This document shows positions 56,001 through 64,000 of a stretch of DNA of 64,000 nucleotides, piece after piece (positions within the stretch are counted from its first letter, which is position 1; every line of letters begins with the position of its first letter). The position numbers and the translations under genes were made by a program. The stretch is taken from NCBI GenBank assembly GCA_003218415.1, contig QHNK01000028.1, positions 2,029-66,028 of the forward strand, in the 5' to 3' direction. This DNA comes from Verrucomicrobiota bacterium (GTDB lineage Bacteria; Verrucomicrobiota; Verrucomicrobiia; Chthoniobacterales; UBA10450). The notes beneath the pieces are model-generated. The model searched no databases. It was not told the DNA's origin and worked only from the letters and a program-made list of their open reading frames with translations.

Positions 56001-57713
56001 TACTGAATCGGTCAAGTCTTTCCACGTGCCGCCGATCCCGGACACCTGCGCTTGGCCGCCAAGTTTTCCTTCCGTTCCGACCTCGCGCGCCACACGGGTT
56101 ACCTCCGCAGCGAAGGAGCGGAGCTGATCCACCATGGTGTTGATTGTGTCCTTGAGCTCGAGAATTTCGCCGCGCACGTCCACAGTGATTTTCTTGGACA
56201 AATCACCCTTGGCGACAGCGGTTGTGACGTCTGCAATGTTGCGAACCTGTGCCGTGAGGTTGGAGGCCATCGAGTTCACTGAGTCGGTCAGGTCTTTCCA
56301 AGTGCCGGCGACGCCCTCGACAGCGGCCTGGCCACCAAGCTCGCCTTCTGTGCCGACTTCGCGCGCTACGCGCGTCACTTCCGATGCGAAGGAGGAAAGC
56401 TGATCCACCATCGTGTTGATAACGTTTTTGATCTGCAAAATTTCGCCGCGCACATCGGCAGTGATTTTTTGGGTCAAGTCGCCGCTGGCAATCGCGGTCG
56501 ATACCTTCGACATGTCGCGCAGTTGCACTGTGAGGTTGGACACCATGAGGTTGACCTTGTCCGTCAAATCTTTCCATGTGCCGGCGACGCCTTTGACATC
56601 GGCCTGGCCGCCAAGCTTTCCTTCCGTGCCCACTTCGCGTGCCACGCGCGTCACTTCCGAAGCGAAGGAAGAAAGCTGGTCCACCATGGTGTTGATGGTG
56701 TTCTTCAATTCCAAGATTTCGCCCTTGACCTTGACGGTGATTTGTTTCGAGAGATCGCCGTTGGCTACCGCAGTCGTCACCGCCGCAATGTTGCGGACTT
56801 GTAACGTGAGGTTCGACGCCATCGAGTTCACCGAATCCGTCAAGTCTTTCCACGTCCCCGAAACTCCTTCGACCTTGGCCTGACCGCCGAGAATGCCTTC
56901 CGTACCGACTTCGCGCGCGACGCGTGTCACTTCTGACGCAAAGGAACGCAACTGGTCCACCATTTTGTTGATGGTGTCCTTTAATTCGAGGAATTCGCCC
57001 CGAACGTCTACGGTGATTTTTTTCGCCAGATAGCCATTCGCGACCGCCGTTGTCACTGCAGCGATGTTGCGGACCTGTGACGTGAGGTTCGAGGCCATCA
57101 GGTTCACGTTGTCGGTCAAATCTTTCCAGGTCCCAGCGACGCCTTTGACTTTTGCCTGGCCACCAAGCTTTCCTTCAGTTCCCACCTCGCGCGCCACTCG
57201 GGTTACTTCGGAGGCAAAAGCGCCAAGCTGGCCAACCATCGCATTAACGGTTTTGGCGGTATGCAAAAACTCTCCTTTTAGTGGGCGTCCCTCGATCTCG
57301 GTCGCCATTGTTTCGGACAAATCGCCTTTCGCGACAGCACCAATCACCCGCGCCATTTCACTGGTTGGACGGACCAGGTCGCCTATCAAAACGTTCATGC
57401 ATTGGATGACATCGGCCCAAGAGCCAGACACCTCGCCAATCGATGCCCGCTGGCTGATACGGCCCTCTTTTCCGACTGCGTGTACAATGCGTCCCAGTTC
57501 CCGAGTCGTGCGCTGATTCGTTTCGATGACCGTATTAAACGTGTCAGCGATCTTGCCCGGCACTCCCGTCCAATTCTCCGGGAGGCGTGCGGAAAAGTCA
57601 CCGCGCTTGAACGCCATTAAGGCGGCAAGCAATTGCGAGGTGTCGAATTCACTTCCGTTAGTCTGCGCGACCTTTCGCGGTCGCGCCTTTGTAATAAGGG
57701 GAGCTTTCTTCAT
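53037..57713 (-). CDS. cytoplasmic hybrid sensor histidine kinase: poly-HAMP array + GAF + HisKA/HATPase + receiver
   Basis: 1558 aa with no TM segment. About ten 92-aa units (F[AG][56 protein letters not shown]...GEILELK.TIN.MVDQL). Then a GAF-like region, H-box [17 protein letters not shown] boxes and a receiver domain ([10 protein letters not shown]...[15 protein letters not shown]). Confidence 0.95.
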   Translation of the reverse strand: MKKAPLITKARPRKVAQTNGSEFDTSQLLAALMAFKRGDFSARLPENWTGVPGKIADTFNTVIETNQRTTRELGRIVHAVGKEGRISQRASIGEVSGSWADVIQCMNVLIGDLVRPTSEMARVIGAVAKGDLSETMATEIEGRPLKGEFLHTAKTVNAMVGQLGAFASEVTRVAREVGTEGKLGGQAKVKGVAGTWKDLTDNVNLMASNLTSQVRNIAAVTTAVANGYLAKKITVDVRGEFLELKDTINKMVDQLRSFASEVTRVAREVGTEGILGGQAKVEGVSGTWKDLTDSVNSMASNLTLQVRNIAAVTTAVANGDLSKQITVKVKGEILELKNTINTMVDQLSSFASEVTRVAREVGTEGKLGGQADVKGVAGTWKDLTDKVNLMVSNLTVQLRDMSKVSTAIASGDLTQKITADVRGEILQIKNVINTMVDQLSSFASEVTRVAREVGTEGELGGQAAVEGVAGTWKDLTDSVNSMASNLTAQVRNIADVTTAVAKGDLSKKITVDVRGEILELKDTINTMVDQLRSFAAEVTRVAREVGTEGKLGGQAQVSGIGGTWKDLTDSVNFMASNLTAQVRNIAAVTTAVATGDLTKKITVDVKGEILELKNTINTMVDQLSSFAAEVTRVAREVGTDGKLGGQADVRGVAGTWKDLTDSVNSMASNLTAQVRNIAAVTTAVAMGDLSKKITVDVKGEILELKDTINTMVGQLRSFGSEVTRVAREVGSEGKLGGQADVRGLAGVWKDLGDNVNFMASNLTTQVRNIAAVTTAVATGDLTKKITVDVKGEILELKNTVNTMVDQLSSFADEVTRVAREVGMEGKLGGQAVVKGVSGTWKDLTDNVNFMASNLTDQVRGIAKVVTAVANGDLNRKLFLEAKGEIAQLADTINNMIDTLATFADQVTTVAREVGVEGKLGGQGNVPGAAGTWRDLTDNVNRLAANLTTQLRAIADVATAVTKGDLTRSIQVEAQGEVAFVKDNINEMIRNLRDTTLRNEEQDWLKTNLAKFTRMLQGQRDFLTVGKLILSEVAPLVSAQQGAFYMIDNSNGESELKLLASYASHEGNGAKSRFKFGESLIGQAALEKRRILLTDVPNNYAKVSSGLGEFHPTNIVVLPILFEGQVKAVMELSSVERFSPTHQAFLDQLTESIGIVLNTIEASTQTENLLKQSQSLAAELQKTNLELEEKARSNLAKDQFLAMLSHELRTPLTPVLASALALESEPELPKDIHESLQMIRRNVELEARLIDDLLDLTRIDQGKVQLNFEVVDAHTLLQNALDICQAEIDRKNLARVLNLGAQKVHMRADSARLQQIFWNLINNAVKFTPRNGQIIITTSNDSKGQLRVEIADTGLGIEAEALPKIFDAFEQGGRTQLGGLGLGLAISKTLVEAHKGTITAQSAGRNKGATFMLVFPTCEKTEAQIAPAALPRLPERQPMRILLVEDHEDTNRSLTNLLRRRGYHVRSALSFQSAVNLSAKEQFDVLISDLALPDGNGIDLMQKLHSTQPLLGIALTGFGMEDDIRKSYEAGFKHHLVKPIDLNKLDSLIQEGAAAPPTV
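54732..57506 (-). repeat. in-frame tandem array of ~276-bp units encoding the HAMP repeats
   Basis: Ten consecutive 92-codon units are readable in the translation. The many long off-frame and antisense ORFs in the track here are a by-product of this periodicity. Confidence 0.85.
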
Positions 57714-57983
57714 AGAGTGGGGATGCTTAGAAAGGTCGGTGTTTCTTCGTCGTCGCGAATTCGACGCGTAAGATCAGAATGGTCATATTCCAGCGCCGTA
57801 GAGTAATCGCCCAATCAATCGCACTCAGTTGTATTTTCTTCAACAAACCGCCGCCACCCGGTTTCGTCGCGGAAAAAGCCTGCTGGCGAGAAAATCCTTG
57901 AACGAGAGGTACAGAGCAGCCCAGCCGTGTGACCTCGTTGGTTGACGAGCAAGAGCAAAAGCGAGAAAAGGGCGTTCCCCTGA

Positions 57984-58535
57984 CTAGGGTGCAGCAAATG
58001 TCGGCAAGCTGCGCAAGCGGAAGCCAAAAATGATTCCCAGAACACCCAATATCACTGCGTACCACGCCATAATCCAGATCAGCGCCGCCGCACCCACGGC
58101 CGGATTCCACAAAAGCATGACCGCGAAGACAATTGAAACCAACCCCATGAGGATCAGGAACCATTCGCCTTTGATTTCGCGGCGCAGCTTAATTGCCAGC
58201 GCAATCTCCGTTGCCCCAATCATAAGCGCCCAAGCCGCGATATAAATGATCAACGCCAGCGCAGTTATTTGGGGTGCATGAAATGTGAGAAACCCGATGA
58301 TAATCCCCACAATTCCGATGATTAGATCGAATCCCCATTCTTTATCGGAAGCACGATGCCCGATCGCGCCGATGACGCGAAAGATGCCGTCAACTAACAC
58401 CCAGGCCCCGAATAACAGCACCAGCACTGCGACTGTTAAGCCAGGATAGACGAAAGCGATTACTCCGAAGACGATTGCAGCGATACCCCTTATCACCGGC
58501 ACCCACCAATGACGTTTTAAGGTTTCGATAAGCAT
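57984..58535 (-). CDS. HdeD/DUF308-family membrane protein
   Basis: 183 aa, six short TM helices, N-terminus ...HWWVPVIRGIAAIVFGVIAFVYPG... typical of DUF308. Confidence 0.8.
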   Translation of the reverse strand: MLIETLKRHWWVPVIRGIAAIVFGVIAFVYPGLTVAVLVLLFGAWVLVDGIFRVIGAIGHRASDKEWGFDLIIGIVGIIIGFLTFHAPQITALALIIYIAAWALMIGATEIALAIKLRREIKGEWFLILMGLVSIVFAVMLLWNPAVGAAALIWIMAWYAVILGVLGIIFGFRLRSLPTFAAP

Positions 58536-58619
58536 TCCCGCGTTTTAAAGGTCGGCCTTCGCAAAGGCAAGCTCGATTTGTGATCGCGCTTCTGGTAGGG
58601 GCGGCGCGCTGCACCGTCC

Positions 58620-58640
58620 GGTCAACGCAGTGCGTTGACC
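58620..58640 (-). terminator. 9-bp hairpin between the 251-aa gene and the hdeD-like gene
   Basis: GGTCAACGC-AGT-GCGTTGACC. No U-tract, so this is a structural observation only. Confidence 0.3.
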
Positions 58641-58673
58641 CAACCTACCTGCAAGCGATCGGTTTTGCGATGG

Positions 58674-59429
58674 TTATAGGCCGCACTTGGCGTTGGCTTC
58701 CAAGATACTGGAACGAGTTCGCAGGAGAGACGCCAAATAGGTATCGACATAGGGCGCGCTGTTGATTCGCGCCAGATTCGCAGGCGTCTGAAGACGCGAA
58801 AAAATGGCGTAGGCGATCTTGCTGCGCGGAACAGATTTCTCACCGTAGCCGGACGGAATGTTGCTTGACCAATATCGGACGTACTGTCCGTCGGCACGAT
58901 TCTCCATTCCAAGGAAGATTGTGGAATGTCCGTGCTCGTTTCTCCCGACCTGGCGCGACCAGAAAATCTTCATGAAATCGCCCGGCTTCGCCTGATCGAA
59001 GTTATCGAAGTTTTGCCCAAGTTGCAGCTCATGAAAAAGGCGGGCCGTGCCTGGCCCATTCGCATTCCACCGGCCCCAGATTCCTTCGCCGTCGCGTTGA
59101 TCTCGGATGATTAATCGCTCCAGTGTAGAATAATCGAGGCGGAGCTCGCCTCGCGCCCGCAAAGCTTCGATCGTCCTAATGAACACCAGGTACGTTGCGC
59201 CCGAGCAGAAACTCGGTGAGGCCGCTGACGGCAGAATGAAAAATTTGCCGGACTCGAAATGTGCTGAAGATTGAAGGCGGATCTTTGCGAAATGCGAAAC
59301 AGAATAACGGCCGCCTTGCGGCATCTGTTTGATTTGGTCGAGAACCAGGGTGTTGTAATCGCCGGCGAAAGAGATCTGCACCGTGAGGCCAAGAAGCGCC
59401 GTTACAACCGACACGCCCAGTTTTTTCAC
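58674..59429 (-). CDS. secreted protein with divergent NlpC/P60-like Cys/His arrangement
   Basis: Signal peptide MKKLGVSVVTALLGLTVQISFA. Candidate nucleophile in PSFCSGATYLVF and KPGDFMKIFW....HGHSTIFLG, resembling PGDL.FF...HVGIY.G. Confidence 0.65.
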   Translation of the reverse strand: MKKLGVSVVTALLGLTVQISFAGDYNTLVLDQIKQMPQGGRYSVSHFAKIRLQSSAHFESGKFFILPSAASPSFCSGATYLVFIRTIEALRARGELRLDYSTLERLIIRDQRDGEGIWGRWNANGPGTARLFHELQLGQNFDNFDQAKPGDFMKIFWSRQVGRNEHGHSTIFLGMENRADGQYVRYWSSNIPSGYGEKSVPRSKIAYAIFSRLQTPANLARINSAPYVDTYLASLLRTRSSILEANAKCGL

Positions 59430-59481
59430 GGCGGATAAGTAAACACCGAAACATCATCTGGCAACAGAGATTGACCTCTCT

Positions 59482-59536
59482 TGTAGTGGCGGTCTCTGAT
59501 AGCCGAAATCATGCGATCCTCGGAGAACGCCGCTAC
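59482..59536. repeat. TGTAG-type REP-like unit upstream of dapF
   Basis: TGTAGTGGCGGTCTCTGATAGCCGAAATC...GGAGAACGCCGCTAC. An imperfect outer stem GTAGTGGCG/CGCCGCTAC. Confidence 0.5.
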
Positions 59537-59583
59537 CGCATCGCGTTAGCTTTGGTCACCGACGTATGCTAGACGAAATACGT

Positions 59584-60387
59584 ATGCTGCGTTTCACGAA
59601 AATGAACGGCGCGGGAAACGATTTCATCCTGATCGATAACAGGACAGGGGATGTTCATCTTGATCGCAGCCAAATAGCGCATCTGTGCGATCGTCACCGC
59701 GGCATCGGTGCGGACGGAATCTTGTTGCTCGAAAAGCCGTCGAACCATGCCGACTTTCGGATGCGCTACTTTAATGCGGATGGAGGAGAAGTGGAAATGT
59801 GCGGCAATGGCGCACGCTGCTTTGCCCGTTTTGCAAAAAAGGTTGCCGGAGCGCAGGAAAAAATTTCTTTTGAAACGCCGGCAGGCGTAATTTCAGCGGA
59901 GTTGGTGGGTGATCTCGTCACGCTGCAAATGACCGAGCCGACTGATTTACGGCTAGATATCAAGTTCCTGGTGGCGAATGAGAACAAAACCGTTCACTTC
60001 ATCAACAGCGGCGTGCCGCATGTAGTCATTCCCGTTTCACGCATCGACGATGTCGATGTGCGGCGAGAAGGTTCAGCCATTCGTTATCACAAAATGTTTT
60101 CGCCGAAGGGCGCAAATGTGAATTTCATTGAGAAACGTGGACCGAAGAAAATCGCTGCCCGCACCTACGAACGCGGCGTGGAAGACGAAACGCTGGCGTG
60201 CGGCACGGGCATAGTCGCAAGCGCGCTTATCTTCGCCGCTATCGAAAAGGTGAACGGACTGATCAGTGTAACTGCCCGCGGGGGAGACGAACTTCAAGTT
60301 GGATTTGAAAAGAGCGATAATCAGTTTCACAACGTCACGCTTACGGGTCCCGCTGAATTCGTTTTTGAAGGCACGGTCGAGATTTAA
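59584..60387 (+). CDS. dapF: diaminopimelate epimerase
   Basis: MLRFTKMNGAGNDFILID, catalytic Cys motifs MCGNGARC and ETLACGTG. An alternative upstream ATG lies at 59566. Confidence 0.9.
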   Translation: MLRFTKMNGAGNDFILIDNRTGDVHLDRSQIAHLCDRHRGIGADGILLLEKPSNHADFRMRYFNADGGEVEMCGNGARCFARFAKKVAGAQEKISFETPAGVISAELVGDLVTLQMTEPTDLRLDIKFLVANENKTVHFINSGVPHVVIPVSRIDDVDVRREGSAIRYHKMFSPKGANVNFIEKRGPKKIAARTYERGVEDETLACGTGIVASALIFAAIEKVNGLISVTARGGDELQVGFEKSDNQFHNVTLTGPAEFVFEGTVEI

Positions 60388-60451
60388 ATTAGCCCGACGG
60401 GCCACGATGCCTTTTAACTTTGTAACCTTTGTAACGTTTTAACCTCTTCCA

Positions 60452-61330
60452 ATGTTTCGCGGCACTTTTACGGCGTTGGTCACGCCATTTCGCAATGGCG
60501 GCATCGACGATTCTGCTTTCAAAAAACTGATCGAAACCCAAATCGCTGCAGCCATCACCGGCATCGTCGCGATCGGAACCACCGGTGAATCGCCGACACT
60601 TTCGCACGAGGAACGCGAACAGGTGATTCGGCTGTCGGTCGCAACGGCGAATAAACGTTGTCTCGTCCTTGCGGGAACAGGCTCAAACGCCACGCAACAC
60701 GCTGTGGCCGACACTAGGATCGCTGAGCAATTTGGCGCCAATGGCGCGCTGCTTGTGGCGCCGTATTACAACAAACCGAGTCAGGAAGGGCTCTTCCGCC
60801 ATTTCAAAACAATCGCCGACGCCACATCGCTGCCGATCGTGCTCTACAACATTCCCGGACGCTGCAGCGTAGACATCCTTCCGGAAACGGTTGTACGTCT
60901 GACAAAAGAGTGCCGCAATATTGTCTCGATTAAAGAAGCGAGCGGAAGCGTGGAGCGCGTGGGTGAGTTGCGCCGGCGTTTACCCGAATCGTTTACAATT
61001 TTGAGCGGGGACGACTCGCTCACGCTGCCGTTCATGGCTGTAGGCGCAGCGGGCGTCGTAAGCGTGGCCTCGAATCTGTTTCCCTCTGAAGTTTGCGGGC
61101 TGGTTCGCGCCTGCGAATCAGGCGATTTGAAATTAGCGGGAAAATTGCATTGGAAATTGTTGCCGCTGTTTAAGGATTTGTTCATCGAGCCTAACCCGGT
61201 TCCCGTGAAGACGGCACTCGGCTGGCGCGGCGCGATGTCGGGTGAAGTTCGTTTACCGTTGTGCGAAATGAGCGAAGCGAACCAGGCGCGCTTGCGCAAA
61301 ACGCTCGAAGACTTCGAGAGAGGCGAATGA
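60452..61330 (+). CDS. dapA: 4-hydroxy-tetrahydrodipicolinate synthase
   Basis: MFRGTFTALVTPF...GTTGESPTLSHEE...Y.NKP..., with the Schiff-base Lys in SIKEASG. Confidence 0.95.
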   Translation: MFRGTFTALVTPFRNGGIDDSAFKKLIETQIAAAITGIVAIGTTGESPTLSHEEREQVIRLSVATANKRCLVLAGTGSNATQHAVADTRIAEQFGANGALLVAPYYNKPSQEGLFRHFKTIADATSLPIVLYNIPGRCSVDILPETVVRLTKECRNIVSIKEASGSVERVGELRRRLPESFTILSGDDSLTLPFMAVGAAGVVSVASNLFPSEVCGLVRACESGDLKLAGKLHWKLLPLFKDLFIEPNPVPVKTALGWRGAMSGEVRLPLCEMSEANQARLRKTLEDFERGE

Positions 61331-62013
61331 AGTCGCCTGTACGCGTGTTGCTCGTGGGCGCGGCCGGGCGCATGGGGAAAACCGTTGTCGATCTTGCCGA
61401 AGCCGATCCGAAGATCGACATCGTCGCGCAATGCGATGTAGGCGACCCAATCGAGCCAGCCATGAAAAATTGCGATGTGGCGATCGATTTCAGTCACCGT
61501 GATGCCGTTAGCGAAATCTGTCGCACTGCGCTAAATCTCCGTAAAAGTCTCGTCATCGGCACGACTGGCCATTCTCAGGAGCAGCGTCGAACAATCGAAA
61601 AGACCGCAGAATCCTTGCCTATTGTTTTCGCGTCCAATTTCAGCGTTGGAGTCAATGTGCTCTTCTGGCTGTCGCGCAAAGCGGCCGAATTGCTTGGACC
61701 GGATTTCAGTCCCGAGATCATTGAAACGCATCACAAAATGAAAAAGGATGCGCCGAGCGGCACAGCCAAAACTCTCGCTGAGGTTTTGAAAGCCGCACGA
61801 AAGACGAAGGACGAAATACTGATTCAATCCATTCGCGAAGGCGAGGTAGTCGGTGAGCACACCGTAATCTTCACGGGACCCTGCGAGCGCCTTGAGTTCA
61901 CGCATCAGGCAGCGAGTCGCGAAATTTTTGCACGGGGAGCATTGCGCGCGGCGAAGTGGATTGTGGGAAGACCGCCGGGGCTGTACTCCATGCAAGATGT
62001 GCTGGGGCTGTAG
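61327..62013 (+). CDS. dapB: 4-hydroxy-tetrahydrodipicolinate reductase
   Basis: ATG 61327 overlaps the dapA TGA. VLLVGAAGRMGK Rossmann motif and ...E.HH..K.DAPSGTA. Confidence 0.9.
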   Translation: MKSPVRVLLVGAAGRMGKTVVDLAEADPKIDIVAQCDVGDPIEPAMKNCDVAIDFSHRDAVSEICRTALNLRKSLVIGTTGHSQEQRRTIEKTAESLPIVFASNFSVGVNVLFWLSRKAAELLGPDFSPEIIETHHKMKKDAPSGTAKTLAEVLKAARKTKDEILIQSIREGEVVGEHTVIFTGPCERLEFTHQAASREIFARGALRAAKWIVGRPPGLYSMQDVLGL

Positions 62014-62080
62014 GACTGCAGCGGCGCTCTATGAGCGCCGAACCAATTTGACACGGCAGTTATAGACCGCCGCTTCAACG

Positions 62081-62581
62081 ATGAGAACCGCCGTTGCCCT
62101 TGGATCCAATCTTGGTGATCGCCTTGGCAATTTGTGCGCCGCACGAAAAGCAATTCTCGGTCTCTCAAATGTGAAGCCTCCGATTCTTTCCTCGGCAATT
62201 TACAAAACGGACCCTGTCGATTGCGAACCTGGGGCGGATAAATTTCTAAACGCGGTCGTTGAATTTGAGTACGAAGGCAATCCGACGAGTTTGCTCGACC
62301 AACTCATTGGCATTGAAAGAACATTAGGACGCCAGCGTGGTCACGCCAAAAATTTTTCGCGAACCATCGACATCGACATGCTCTACTGCGGCGACCGCAA
62401 CCTTGAGAATGAGCGATTGCAACTGCCCCATCCGCGGATGCACCTGAGAAAATTCGTCCTGCAACCGCTGGCCGATATCCGGCCGGATTTGGTGTTGCCG
62501 GGTCAAACGCAAACGGTGGATGAGCTGCTGGCGAAACTGAAGGAATCCGGCGAGGTAGCTCGCTTTATGGACAATTGGTAA
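62081..62581 (+). CDS. folK: 2-amino-4-hydroxy-6-hydroxymethyldihydropteridine diphosphokinase (HPPK)
   Basis: VALGSNLGDR..., ...R.IDIDMLY..., LQLPHPRMHLR.FVL.PL. Confidence 0.9.
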   Translation: MRTAVALGSNLGDRLGNLCAARKAILGLSNVKPPILSSAIYKTDPVDCEPGADKFLNAVVEFEYEGNPTSLLDQLIGIERTLGRQRGHAKNFSRTIDIDMLYCGDRNLENERLQLPHPRMHLRKFVLQPLADIRPDLVLPGQTQTVDELLAKLKESGEVARFMDNW

Positions 62582-62679
62582 GCTTCGACGGCGTCTTACC
62601 ATCGCGCGGAGCGTCCTAGCACCGCTTTTAGGGCAAGCTTGCGTTCTCAAATCGGCGGTTGATCTTCCGAGCAGGTCCG

Positions 62680-63465
62680 ATGAAAGATTTTCGCCAAATG
62701 AAGCAACGCGGTGAGAAAATCACCGCGCTGACGGCCTACGATTATCCCACGGCGCGTTTGCTCGACGAAAGCGGCATTGACATCATCCTCGTGGGCGACT
62801 CGTTAGGCATGGTGGTGCTTGGTTATCAGGACACGACCAATGTAACGCTGGAAGAGATGTTGCATCACACGCGCGCGGTGGCTCGCGGGGTGAAACAGGC
62901 ACTGCTCGTGGCCGATATGCCGATTCACAGTTACGACACACCGGAGCAGGCCGTAGCTAGGGCGCGGCAACTTGTTGATGCCGGTGCCCAAGCGGTGAAG
63001 CTCGAAGGCGGCGTCAGTCATGTCGCGCAAATCGAAGCGATCACACAAGCAGGCATTCCGTTCATGGCTCACATCGGCATGCTGCCCCAGAGTGTACGCG
63101 AGGAAGGCGGCTACAAAGTCAAAGGCCGCACTCAGTTCGAAGCGGAAGCGCTGCTGGTCGACGCGCGCGCGGTGGAACAAGCCGGCGCGTTTTCTGTGGT
63201 GCTGGAGATTGTGCTCGCGGACGTCGCAAAGCAGATCACAAATGCGATCGGCATCCCAACTATTGGCATCGGTTCAGGCGAGCATTGCGATGGACAAATT
63301 CTGGTCACTCACGATTTGATCGGACTGTTTCCATGGTTTACACCGAAGTTTGTCTCGCCTGAAGCGCGTGTGGCAGATGAGATTCGTGGCGCGGCGCGCG
63401 CGTTTATCGAGCGTACGCGAGGAAATGGAACTCGGCCTTCCCGTGGCTCAAGCGGCCAAATGTGA
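62680..63465 (+). CDS. panB: 3-methyl-2-oxobutanoate hydroxymethyltransferase
   Basis: KITALTAYDYPTARLLDESGIDIILVGDSLGMVVLG and VKLEGG. ATG 62680 is preferred. Confidence 0.9.
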   Translation: MKDFRQMKQRGEKITALTAYDYPTARLLDESGIDIILVGDSLGMVVLGYQDTTNVTLEEMLHHTRAVARGVKQALLVADMPIHSYDTPEQAVARARQLVDAGAQAVKLEGGVSHVAQIEAITQAGIPFMAHIGMLPQSVREEGGYKVKGRTQFEAEALLVDARAVEQAGAFSVVLEIVLADVAKQITNAIGIPTIGIGSGEHCDGQILVTHDLIGLFPWFTPKFVSPEARVADEIRGAARAFIERTRGNGTRPSRGSSGQM

Positions 63466-63603
63466 TATTTTAGGAACCGAGCGCAATGAGAGTTTCCGAT
63501 TTCGACAGCTTCGAGACCCAAGGTCTGCTCAGAATCGAACCTCGACAAGAGCAGCGCCGATCAAACAAATCAAGCGGCGAAACCGAACCCTGACAACACC
63601 GAT

Positions 63604-64000
63604 GTGCAGTTGCCGGACGAAAAGAAGTCATTCGACAAATTGTTGCAGGACATTCAGGCGAGCGCGGCGCTGCCGGACGACATGCGGGACGTTTTGCCTG
63701 ACCAACCCAAAGTGGACCAGCCGGAAGTCAATTCCGTCCTGAATGAAATCGAACGTTCCACGGCGCAGGCGCTCGCAAACGATCCAAACGCGCTGCACGA
63801 ACAATCTTTGCTCAACAACAGTTCGACGTCAGGCCGTCCGCAGCCCGCTCTGAGCGGAACGGAGCTTGCTACGAGCACGGCGATTAAGCGGCCAAATACC
63901 TTCACGAGTAAATTGCCCGGCGATAGCGCTGGCCCCAATAAAGGGCGCGCTCCGGGCTTTAGCGATCTGGATCAGTTGCTGGCACAAAAAGGTCCGCTCG
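63604..64000 (+). CDS. hypothetical low-complexity protein, 3'-truncated by the window end
   Basis: The frame is open from 63490 to the window end (...VQLPDEKKSFDKLLQDIQASAALPDDMRDVLPDQPKVDQPE...). The first plausible start is GTG 63604. A 35-aa ATG ORF (63486..63593) in another frame precedes it, so the true start is unclear. Confidence 0.3.
   Translation, partial: MQLPDEKKSFDKLLQDIQASAALPDDMRDVLPDQPKVDQPEVNSVLNEIERSTAQALANDPNALHEQSLLNNSSTSGRPQPALSGTELATSTAIKRPNTFTSKLPGDSAGPNKGRAPGFSDLDQLLAQKGPL

Noticed and set aside
54732-57506. Regular ~276-bp periodicity that could superficially suggest a CRISPR-like or satellite array
   Set aside because: The units are contiguous with no spacers. They lie in one uninterrupted 1558-codon frame and translate to HAMP-type helices, so this is a coding tandem repeat.
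55075-57516. Many 70-216-aa ORFs in other frames and on the plus strand across the kinase gene (e.g. 56203..56853, 56413..56883, 57064..57516)
   Set aside because: They are repetitive, Arg/Ser/Thr-rich by-products of the repeat periodicity and lie entirely inside a strongly supported CDS.
63350-63742. 130-aa plus-strand ORF and 63654..63938 minus-strand ORF
   Set aside because: The first overlaps the panB 3' end and is Cys/Arg-rich. The second is antisense to the better-looking open frame that runs to the window end.

Overview
Dense 64-kb chromosomal window with coding on both strands and roughly mid-to-high 50s %GC by eye. No rRNA, CRISPR array, transposase, integrase or phage genes were seen.

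Housekeeping content: mutS, smc, ftsK, a rodZ-like gene, rimO, trxA, queC/queF, dapF-dapA-dapB-folK-panB, a 2-oxoacid dehydrogenase E1alpha/E1beta/E2 operon, an RpoD-family sigma factor and ComM/YifB. These are interleaved with envelope and peptide-metabolism genes: an APC permease, M20 dipeptidase, NlpC/P60-type hydrolases, a POT peptide transporter, DUF885 and a C26 gamma-glutamyl hydrolase. RNA genes are one tmRNA (ssrA, minus strand) and one tRNA-Arg(CCG).

Gene content and the intergenic repeat vocabulary (GGGAGAGG hairpins, TGTAG-hairpin REP-like units, scattered four-helix-bundle IVS-protein genes) suggest a PVC-group, Verrucomicrobia-like genome. That is inference only.

Observations most worth a second look:
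1. A signal-less serine hydrolase / M15A-like / PafA-GCS2-like amidoligase operon, divergent from a C26 gamma-glutamyl hydrolase (39.9-43.3 kb).
2. A four-helix-bundle gene on a ~510-bp cassette bounded by inverted heptamer arrays and wedged between two co-directional genes (20.3-20.8 kb), with a solo arm at 50.3 kb.
3. A 1558-aa cytoplasmic hybrid histidine kinase built from about ten tandem 92-aa (276-bp) HAMP units.
4. An octaheme c-type cytochrome translationally coupled to a His-rich 4-TM protein.
5. Several families of structured intergenic repeats that abut or supply stop codons.

All functional calls come from motif reading of the supplied translations. No database search was run.
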